The translations under genes and the position numbers were made by a program. A DNA stretch of 64,000 nt from Podarcis gaigeae (taxonomy: Eukaryota), in the NCBI GenBank assembly GCA_964106915.2, contig OZ066919.1; one strand, 5' to 3'. Position 1 is the first letter of the stretch; each line of letters starts with the position of its first letter. Positions 39,580 through 51,100 of the stretch are shown in pieces. A model generated the notes under the pieces. The model was given only the letters and a program-made list of their open reading frames with translations. It ran no database searches and was not told the origin of the DNA.

Positions 39580-39711
39580 ATGGTGCGAAGAGTGGCAATT
39601 GTTGGAGCAGGTGTGAGTGGACTGGCCTCCATCAAATGCTGCCTGGATGAAGGGCTGGAGCCAACCTGCTTTGAGAAGAGCGATGGCATCGGAGGACTGT
39701 GGCAATTCACA
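39580..39711 (+). CDS. FMO4: FMO4 coding exon 1 ([14 protein letters not shown]...GGLWQFT)
   Basis: 132 nt, donor gtaagt. Confidence 0.94.
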
Positions 39712-42700
39712 GTAAGTGGCATAAACTCAATTTAAAGCTTTAAAGAAAGTGATGGCATTCTGCTGCTGAAATGCATGCCCAAAGCCAGGCAAGAGACAGT
39801 GGCCTTGCTTCAAAGTGGGTACAGGTGTGCGTCACTAGTGTGGTAAACCTGCTGTGGAAGCATGTTTCCACATTTTGTTTTGACATTAGGCTTTTCATAC
39901 TCTCCCCCTGTGTAGACTGACCATGTGGGGAAACTGGACTGTATGCACAGTTCCCACCTTTCATTTACACGCATTCATCTGAAGGTCAGAACGGAGAGTG
40001 CTGGTAAGTTACTTTCCACGCAGCTTGCGTGAGTTCTATTGACACCCCAAATGTGTAAATTAGGGGCAAGAGCAGTTTGGATAACCCTGCTTCCTCCCCC
40101 ACCCAAACGTCATTCAGCTACACATTTTGAATGCATGAAAATGCATGTACAATCTTTTGTTCTCCACCAGAATCAGAGGAATCCTATTTTGTGCTTCCTT
40201 TCAGCAGACACTGGCTTTGCAAAGTCCTAACCAGTTGGAATCTGGTGGCATCACTGACCCACCTTATAGCCAAGGATTGCTAACAGAAAGTTATCAACAC
40301 CCTGTCAAAACTATCACCCACAGAAGGTGGTGTGTTTTATTTGGGTGACACGAAGAGCCTAGGAAGCTGCTTTATACAAAGTGAGAACCTTGGTCCATCT
40401 ATCTCAGTATTTTCTGCAGTGATTGGCAGCAGTTCTCAGATGTCAGGCCTTCTGTAGGCAAAGCAGACAGCCACTATTCTCTGACCCTTCCCCTTGTGAA
40501 GTTAGTGTTGAAACCAGTGTAATTTTGCAGTGTAAATGATTTACTCTGGCATCTTACTTACTGAGTAACTGCTACTGCCACACAGGAAACGCCTCAAAAG
40601 GGAAGAATTGGTGTTTATAGATCGGTTATGACCAACACCTCCAAGGAAATGACCTGCTTCAGTGATTTTCCGTTCCTCGAGGATTGCCCCAACTACCTGC
40701 GCCACTCTGCGCTCCTGGAGTACCTCAGGGCATATGCGAAGCATTTCTGCCTTCTTGACTACATACGCTTCCAGGTGAGGGGAAAATTAACAGGTAGATA
40801 TTTTGCAAGGAGCAGGGCCAGAGAGTGCTCCATCTGTTCTAAGGCTCTCCTCCTGCATTGCAGGGGGTTGGACTAGATGACCCGCAGGGTCCCTTCCTTT
40901 TCTTTTTTTAATTTAAATTGCTTTATTCATTTTACAAATAAAAAAAAATCCATAACCAAAACAAATATAAATAATGGAAAATAAAAATATAAACTCCACA
41001 AAAAAATAACAAAGAAGGAAAGAAAAAAGAGAAAAGACAAAAAAAGATAAGAAATAAAGAAAAAAAACCACAAACAACAAATATTTTTCCATTACACAAA
41101 ATCATTTCTGGACTACAAACCATATTTTATATAATCTATACACAAAGTTCCTGGACAGAATTTGCCTTCATATTTCTACCCTTCACGTTTTTTTCTGTTC
41201 CTCTATTGTGTCCCTTATTTGCTTTCTTTTGACTTCCCTCTAGCCCTTTGCGGTTTTTATACTGCACTTACTTTTAAGTAATCTGTATTTAATTAGTGAA
41301 CAGAACTTTTATCTGTGAATTTAATCAGGGGACAACCAAGTGTTGTTGGAACCATGTTTTGTTAGATAATTTTTAAAACCTTATCTCTCAAGTGGTTTCT
41401 TATTAAGTCTGTCATCTAGGCCAATTCAAGGCATTCACACAGCTTCATTTGCCCTTTGTTTCTGGTTGATATTGACTCATTTTTCCAATATTTAGCTATT
41501 AATATTCTGGCTGCTGTTGTTGCATAAAGAGTGTTGTTGCACTCTTTTATTTTCTTTTGGAATGTTTACTGTTAAAATGCCTAATAAAAATGGGTCTGGT
41601 TTCTTTAGAAACATATGTTTTAGCATTTTTTTTTTTAGTTCTTCATATATAATGTCCCAAAATTGTTTAATTTGAGGACAGGTTCACCACATGTGGAAGA
41701 AGGTTGCTATATTTTGTTTAAACCTCCAACACTTATTATTTTTATTGATTTTAGCTAATTTACCATCTGTAGGTCATTTACATAAAGTTCTCTTTAATCA
41801 GATAGAACGCTGTAAATTTTAAATCTTTTTGCCATAATTCTGCCCATTTTTCTATTTCAGTTGGGTAGCCAAAATATTGAGCCCATTTCACCATCACTTC
41901 CTTTACTTCTTCATCTTTCAGATCCCAATCTAATAATAGTCTATGTTTTTGATAGTGTCTTTCTATTATTTAATATTAATTCTTTTTCTAGATCTGTTAT
42001 CTTTGTATCCAATCCGTTTATTTTTTAATCAGATTTAATTATTTCATTTAGGTGGTAAAAGTTTTAATTGGTTATTTTCTTCTTCTATTATTTCTTTATA
42101 GGTAGGCCAATTAATTTCCATATTTTTCTTTTTCATTGCGATTGCCTCCAACAGAGACAACCACCAACGGGTTTTTGGTTCTAATAGTTTTTTATTTCTT
42201 TCCCATACTGCAAAAAGCGATCTCCTTATTATATGGTTAAGGAATCCTCTATGCATTTTGACTTTATCGTATCCTAAATAACCATGCCAGTCGAACCTAT
42301 TGTCCCAATTTTCAATGTCTAGTATATTGGCAGTTTTTAATATTATCCATTCTTTGAGCCATACTAGACATGCAGCCACGTAATATAATTTAAGGTCTGG
42401 CAGAGTGAACCCTCCTCTATCTTTTACTTCCATTAACAATTTAAACTTAATCCTCAGCTTTTTACCCTGCCAGATAAATCTTGCCAGATCTTTCTGCCAA
42501 TCTTTCAAAAAATTTAACCCATTTATTATTGATATTGTTTGAAAGAGGTACAACATTTTCGGCATCATGGTCATCTTAATTGTGGCTATTCTTCCCCATA
42601 AGGACAAATTTAGCCTCCCCCAAATTTCTAATTCTTTTTTTATTTCCTTCCATGTTTTGGTATAATTATTGTTGTATAAGTTTATATTCTTTGCTGTAAT

Positions 42701-44124
42701 CCAGATTCCTAGATATTTTGCTTTGTTATTTTTTACCCTGTCATCTTTTCTAACTCTAGTCTTTCTTGTTCTGCCATGTTTTTCACAAATAATTTGATTT
42801 TATCTTTGTTTAATTTAAAACCTGAGACCTGACCAAATTCGTTTAATTTTACCAATGTTTCTATTATACTTTCTGTTGGGTTTTCTGTTGTTATGATTAA
42901 ATCATCAGCAAAAGCTTTTAATTGGTAAGATCTGCTGCCCAACCTAATTCCTTTTATTTTTGACTCCTCTCTAGTTGCTTTTAATAATGTTTCCAGTATT
43001 GTAATAAATAGAAGCGGTGATAGCGGACATCCTTGCCTGGTGTCTTTAGAAATAATAAACATTTCGGATAACTCATTATTTATTATGATTTTAGCTTTTT
43101 GGTTTCTATATATCGCATTTAACCCTTCCAACTCTACAGTTCTAATCTTGATTCTGTGCTTACATAAAACAGATTGTTTTTGCACCCTGTTTTCTTTTTA
43201 AATTTTCTTTTTAATTCTCTCATTTTACAAGAATTATCACATAGATAGAATTGCACAACAAATATAGAACTTCAAATCATTGACTGCTCCCTCCCTCCTT
43301 CCTTCATATGTAATTATCTGTTACTGATTTAATGCCATGCAAGCTATCACAACACCACAGTTCAAGAGGAAAACCACTTTGACCCGTGCTTTCTAGGCAC
43401 AGAACAAGCAAAAGTGTGGACAAGCCTAGCGTGCATCATTTGAGTTGCTTTATTCTGTTGTGTGGTGTTGTTGTTTTTTTGCTTTTGCAAGACCACCGTA
43501 TGCAGCATCAGAAAACACCCCCATTTCACAGCCACTGGACAATGGGTGGTTGATACTGAGACTAATGGGGAGCAGACATCGGAAATCTTTGATGGCGTAA
43601 TGGTTTGCAGTGGCCACTATGCAGAGATCAATCTTCCACTGGATTCTTTCCCAGGTGCGTTTTGAATGCATTACCTGAAACAGCACACAATCTAGCATGA
43701 TTGTGTTCCCTCTCTCCTCAGGCAAAAAAGATGTGTACTAATATCTGGTACCTTCAGTCAAAGGAATTAACTGTGCCATGAAATCACTGATAGACAAGAG
43801 TTGCCATGTCTGATTGGTACCAGTGGTTGGCCTGTTACCAGGCAGTGGAATTTGAAGGCCATGAAGGGTGGCAGAACAGAAGGCACACCTGACCCACAGG
43901 GCACCATCCACAGGGAAGTTCTCCCATACAAGCCCTAATGAAATAATCACAAACAGCTGGTCATTGCAATTGCAAGAAGAAAGTTGCCATTTGAATTAAG
44001 ACTCCCCATTACATCTGAGAAGATTTGATGTTTCTGTTGGTAAATTTGAAAATGTTTCTATTGTTTCCAACAGTCTCTGAAAAACTCACAAACAGGGCAT
44101 GAGTTTAAAGTAGTAGTAGTAGTA

Positions 44125-44169
<45 letters not shown>

Positions 44170-45073
44170 TATTATTTATACCCCACCCATCTGGCTGGGC
44201 TTCCCCAGCCACTCTGGGCGGGTTCCCCAAAAAATATTAAAATACTGTAATACAGTATTTCCTAACCCTTTTTTTATCCCCAGCATGCAGCAGTCTGAGA
44301 TATACTCCATCTGAACATGAAGGTTCCATTTAACTTTTATGGACGATAGCTATTGACAGACCGTGAATTGTGTTTTTTTTTTAATCCTCTGTGAGAACTT
44401 GAGAGTCTCCTTGTTCCATCAGCCCAAGAATCTGGATAGTTGAATTCAGATGGTACTCAGAGGTATCTTGCCTTGGAGTTTCCCCTTAGCCTTTGATACA
44501 TGGATATAATAAGATGGCAGCATACATCCGGCACTGTGCTGAGCAGCAGCTAAGGAAAAGGGGGCGGGGGCTATTATCCAGTGGGAAATCTCTTGGGAAA
44601 TAAGGGTATAAAAGCATTTCCTTCTTTTCCCCCCTCAGGGATTGAAAACTTCAAAGGTCGCTACTTCCATAGCTGGGAATACAGAGATCAAAAAGGGTTT
44701 GAAGGGCAAAAAGTCCTTGTAGTTGGTTCTGGCAACACTGGAGGGGACCTTGCGGTGGAGATCAGCCGCACAGCTGCAAAGGTACCTCCATCCTTTATGG
44801 ACAAATAAGTGCTGAGCTTATTTCAGTCTTGAGTGGGAGATAAATCACATCATCACCCTGGAGCAATAACAAGAATAACATATTTATAGAGTGCTTTCAA
44901 GTTTAGCCCTTACAACAGCCCTTTTAAGGTGGTTTTTAATTTTTTTTACCAATAATTTTGTTGTTTTTGTGTTTTTATAAACTGCTTTGAGGGTGGTGGT
45001 GGTAGTTGTTTTTACAATCAAGTGCTGTAGAAATTTTATGGGGGGAGGGGACTAACAGCCTTGTAAGGTAGAG

Positions 45074-45115
<42 letters not shown>

Positions 45116-48100
45116 AATGGGAATAGGTGTGTTGAGGTTGAAAGAAGCAGCTTGCTTAAGTCTACTTAGTGGGTTCGTGGTAAAGGCAAGATTTTAACTA
45201 GGGACTCCTTGATTCAGGATGGTTCCCATCTCTTACCTACTGTGCTTCACAGCCAACCATGGTCTGCATTGTCCAGAATGTGCATATACTTCAAATTTTA
45301 GTCATCACTACCACTCGGGGCCAAGGCTTGTTATGATTATGGCAAATTCAGCCCTTTCCCATTGAGAAATATTTGTCCCATCCTGTCCCCACCCAGAAAC
45401 TGCATTGGTGCCAATGGAAGCTTCTCAGCTGATAAGATGCAGGTGGCGCTGTAGTCTAAGTCACCAAGCCTCTTGAGCTTGCCAGTTCAGATCTGTGTGA
45501 TGGGATGACAGCACTTAATCTTTAACTTTTTTACCTCTCAGCTGATGTAGATAGAAGCTGGGGAGGGTAATTTTCATTTGGAACATAGCATGGGGGAGGG
45601 GAGGATTAATCTCTCCCTCCCCATTCCCTGTGGTCCATCTCAAACTTCCAACCCAACCCTAGAGCTATTAACATCCTTTTTAAAAGTACTTGTGTTCACA
45701 TAAGAAAATGGAGTTTCCCTTGGCCCTTACACTCTGTGTTTTGATCTTGACCAGCCTCCCCCAGCTTAGTGCCTTCCAGGTATTATGGACTACAACTCCC
45801 TTCAGCCCAGCCACTATGACCAGTGGCCATGTCCACACCACAGCTTGTTTCTTAAGGGTGCTGGGAATCATAGCTCTGTGAAGCTACAGTTCCCAGGATC
45901 CTTTGTGGGGAGCCATGTGCTTTTCTTGTATGGTGCAAATGTTGGCTGGAGGTCACCAGGTTGGGGGTGGCTGATCTAAATGATCTTCAAGGCAGCTTGT
46001 TGTTGTTAGAAATTATATACTGCCCTATACCCAAAGGTATCAGGGCAGTTCACATAAAAATATCACAGTATATAAAATAAAAACAATAACCCAATAATAC
46101 CTCTCCCAAAAGATCCACATTTTAAAAGGGTATGGGATGTTGATCAGCTTACAGCAGAATATGCAATTCATACACAACTCTGGAAGGGTCTTGGTGGTGG
46201 GACATGATCTTCTGCGCTCTGGTACTGCTTCCACCATTGTCCTTAAGTCAGGAAGCACCAGATGTGATGTGATGCTTCTCCTCATAGAGGCCAGATGGAA
46301 TGTGCTCTTGGCTTGATTTTTGTTGGTGGGGGTAGCTAAGAGGAGAAAGGTGGTCTCTGAGCCTCTCCCCAGCTCTCTGGTGCTTCTGCCACTTTAAGGG
46401 GTCTGTAGGGAGCCCATTTGTTGCATTCCCTAGTCTGCACACCCTTCCACTTTTAGTCCCAATGTTGCTGCATTATTGCCCTCTAGAGGGGCATTTGCAT
46501 TTCAACATTTGGGCTATAAAAAGTTGAAGGATTTCAGCAGGAAATTACGGGACATGCACTGATTGGAAATGTGGTTTTCCACCCTGAAACTTCTTCAGGA
46601 ACAAACAGCATTGAAAGCAGGATGACATAGAACTGCCCCATGCTATCAGGAGCACAAATACTCATGAATGCACAATGAAAAGGACATATGGAATGGCTCT
46701 TGGTATGATCCTGGTCTCCTGCTTCATCATCTCATGGCTATTTCCTGAGGAGTTACTTTTGCTATTAAGATAATGATATTGTGTGAGCACTATCAAAAGG
46801 AGCTGGCCAGCCTTTGGGCCTTGGGCCTTGGTCTCTTTGCCACTCCATCAGACCAGTTCTCACATGCTCTCAAATCATCTGCCAGGCAGTCGGCAGCACC
46901 CTAAGGATATGCTTCTTCACTTTGAATCCTCTTCAGGTCTTCCTCAGCACCAGAAGCGGAGCATGGGTGGTAAGTCGCATTTCAGAAGCTGGCTGGCCCG
47001 TTGACATGGCCTGGACAACTCGCTTTTATGGGTTAATTGAAAAGCTGCTTCCCGAAGGCATCATAAACAAGCTAATGGCAAAGAAGATGAATCGATGGTT
47101 TAACCATGAGAACTATGGCTTGATCCCTGTTAAAAGGTAATCTTCTGAATTAAGAATATGCAAACAAGAATGACCTGCATACAGAAACTGAAGTTTCTGA
47201 GATTAGCATTCTTAAGTAGTAATTAACCTCAATGGGTGGACAGTATCTATTGGGAGGGGGGATTCATTTCCTAATGCATTTTGAGCAAATTTCTCTTCTT
47301 CAGCATCACTAGCCACAGTTGTCAAGGCACATACATATTGTCAAGGAGCTCACTTCTTGTTTCTATGAGTTACTTCTACAAAGAAGATCATTTTGCTGAA
47401 AGCTCTCTGCAACAGTGCACAGTAACTATCTATATGCTAGAGTGTGATAACACTCATTCTTGTCATACGAAGCTTTGCTGGATTTTTGTGTCTAAGGCAT
47501 TGAAGTACCCTTCAGTGCCGTGGACACGAAAATCCAGCAAAGCTTCATATGTCAAGAATGAGTGTTAGAGCCAGTGCGAAAGGAGCACTGGCTTCTTGTA
47601 AGCCGTGGGAAAGGCATGCAGAGGACCCAGCCTCAGGCACAGACACAGCCTTTCCTCCAACCCCTTAGAATGAGTCTTTCCCCTCCATGTTCTCATGAAG
47701 GTACCACAGAGTATCACTCCAAGGAAAGTCCAACAGTGAGTCGAAGAACGTAAAGTGCTTCACAAAGCAGGTCCAAGCAGCAGCATTTAGCAAAAAGTGT
47801 CAGGCAGTTTTACTATCAAAATATTTATGGTAACTGGGGAAGGTGGCGGCCTGGCAGCATCTGCCTCTACTGAACCATCAAATCCCAAACAGGGATACCT
47901 GCTGTGGTGGATGACCCTTGCTCCGAAAGGCGGGGCTAAAATTAAAGGGTCCAGGAACTCAGACCAGAAGAAATTTCATAAAATCATACAAGCACTTTAC
48001 AAAAACAAAACTATACAAGAGAGAAAAACTTCAAATAATTTCACAGATAAAAATGGCTCAGAAGGTAAGAAAACAAGAAACACTATCTTATACAGCTAAT

Positions 48101-51100
48101 TAACACCAGTGGCGTAGCGTGGGGGGTGCAGGGGGCCCTGGCCGCACCGGGCGCAACACCTGGGGGTTAGGGTTAGGGGGCGCAAATCCACGGGTTAGGG
48201 GGCACAAATTACTTGCCTTGCCCCGGGTGCTGACAACCCACGCTACGCCACTGATTAACACAAACACTTACACTTAAATCTCAGTAGGCTGAGCAATGGA
48301 AGAAGATGCTGTCAAAAGCCCAAATAGACGCTGACCTCAGCTTGGCTGGCTGCTGAGAGCTCCCACCAATTCAGGTTTTATGAGAACTTATTGACTACAG
48401 GCATTCACCTCTTCCACCCAGTTGCCTGGCAGCTTCATCATATATCTTGATGCGGCAGCTGAAAACACTCATCTATAATAATAATAACAACAACAGTTTA
48501 CAGTTAGGCCCAAATTAAAATAACTGCCAACCCCAACTAAACATTTAAACAACCCCAACCCAAACAGAGGACCCAAAATTAAAACTGTTTAAAACATTTT
48601 AAAACATTTTAGCCAAATTGCTCCAACCCAAGTTGTTCCGGCAATGTCCCTCTGGCTTCCCAGGAGCCTCTTTGGGCTGTTCAGGATAAGTGCTGGCCCC
48701 ACCCTCCAGGCCAGGGGGAAATGGACCTTGCAGCAGGGAGCAGGTCCTTCTACCATACACACGGCAGCAGCATCAATGTCCCTCTGGCTCCCCATAACCA
48801 GGCCTTGAGCTGACTAGACAATCTATGGTCTTTAAATATGTTTGTGGGGCGCTATTGGTTTATTTTGTTTTATTACATCTTTTGTATTCCCATTTTGTAT
48901 TTTTATGCTGTGAGCCGCCCTGAGATCTTCAGATAAAGGGTGATATGCAATTCTAACAAAGAAATAAATAAATTCCATGTATCTGCTCCTTCCTCCTCAG
49001 AGATCAGACCCTCCAAGTGTCCCTATTTCCCAGAGACATCCCTGATTTAGAGAAGCCGTCCTGGTTTCTGATTGGGTCCCAGAATGTCACACTTTTCCTT
49101 AGGATGTCCCTATTTTTTTGGATAAATGTTGGAGGGTATGAGAGATTCAACTTGTAGAGGTCAGGGGTAGGGAGGAAACCAGAAGAATGCTTGTACACAC
49201 CAACAACATATTTAACAGGCATGCCTATCATATCTCAGTGGCATAGTAGGAATTGTCCTTGGTAAAGAGGGACGCAGGTGGCAGGGGACGCAGGTGGCAG
49301 GGGACGCATGTGGCGCTGTGGGTTAAAGCCTCAGTGCCTAGGACTTGCCGATCAAAAGGTCGGCGGTTCGAATCCCTGCGGCGGGGTGCGCTCCCGCTGC
49401 TCGGTCCCAGCGCCTGCCAACCTAGCAGTTCGAAAGCACCTCCGGGTGCAAGTAGATAAATAGGGACCGCTTACCAGCGGGAAGGTAAACGGCGTTTCCG
49501 TGTGCGGCTCTGGCTCGCCAGATGCAGCTTTGTCACGCTGGCCACGTGACCTGGAAGTGTCTCCGGACAGCGCTGGCCCCTGGCCTCTTAAGTGAGATGG
49601 GCGCACAACCCCAGAGTCTGTCAAGACTGGCCCGTACGGGCAGGGGTACCTTTACCTTTACCTTTTTAAAGAGGGACAGCTGGTGGTCACATATGGACTA
49701 ATGGTGTTTCTTTCCACTTTCCGCTATTTAGCAATTCATGGAGATCTTTAATTTTGAATGATGAGCTGCCTAGCTGTATCCTTTGTGGAACTGTGACAGT
49801 CAAGCCAAATGTGAAGAGGTTTACGGACACCTCTGCCATCTTTGAAGATGAAACAGTAGAAGAGAATATGGACACGGTCATCTTTACAACTGGCTACTCT
49901 GCCACATTTCCCTTCCTGGAAGAGTCTCTGCGTGATGCTTGCAGGAGCAGCACATCTCTGTATAAGCACATCTTTCCTCCTCACCTAGAAAAGCCCACGT
50001 TGGCTTTCATTGGCTTTATAGCATTAGCTGGACCCATTCTGCCAGCAGTGGAACTTCAGGCACGTTGGATCACAAGGGTATTTAATGGTATGAATGAATA
50101 ATTTTATTGTCATTTTCCAGTTTACACCAAGGGGAAGCTCATCAATGGAAGTTTAACAATGAAACAGCAATTGTAAGAAGGTATCAAGGAGAGGAAATGG
50201 TTGGCACTCCTCCTACGCTGTGACCTGCTGAGGCGAACATCAGATCGGGCACCACTCCTGCTTTGCATAAGGATGGGGTAGACATAGGATTAATTGGAGT
50301 AATTTGGCCTTTAAATAGTTTCATGTGTGCCAGATTAAAAACTAAAACTCAAATAAGAACCCTGCTGGGTTGAACCAAGGACTCATCTGGTCCAACATCC
50401 TGTTCCCACAGTAGCCAACCAGACGCCCACGGGAAGCTCACAGGTAGGACCTGGGTGCAACAGCAACTGGTACAGGGGTACAGATCAGTCCTTTTCATCT
50501 CCATGCACAACACTGTCATCAAAAGTTACAGTATATAACGCTTCAGCAGTTTTTCAAAAGTTAGGTTGCATTCCTCCTATAGAACAGAATTTCTTCAAAG
50601 TCTTGTGTGAAGAGTTTCTAAAATTTGCTGGACTGGGGTTGGGAGTTGTGGTGGCCAGAAAGGCATTTTGAATCCCACCCCCCGTCTAATTTGTTTGTAC
50701 TTCTGCAAACCTTGGGTTCCCCTCAGAGCTGCAGACAATTTTTTTTGCATGTGTGTGGATGATGTCATATATGGACTTTCTGCTACCACAACATCTAATT
50801 AGGATTCATCTCAGAGTTACACAACCATCCCAGTGTGGACTTTAGATTCCTCAAGCCTGACAGGCCATCTCTCATTAAAGGCAACTTGAATCAAAGCAGC
50901 AAGTGTACTTTCCTTTTATTGGCTGAAATACAGAAGTTCATATTTGTCATTTTCTTTCTCATACTCAGGGTCAAGTGAGCTCCCTCCAATGAGCAGACTG
51001 ATCAGTGAAGTTGCTAAAAGGAAGAACGCACTCCTTAAAAAGTATGAAATGCTATATATTATTGTGCATGTTGTATGACTGTAATCATTCAGGGCTTATC

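Noticed and set aside
47870-47945. Possible HDV-like ribozyme (GAAA-capped stem followed by GCTAA)
   Set aside because: Could not build the P1/P2/P3/P1.1 nested pseudoknot
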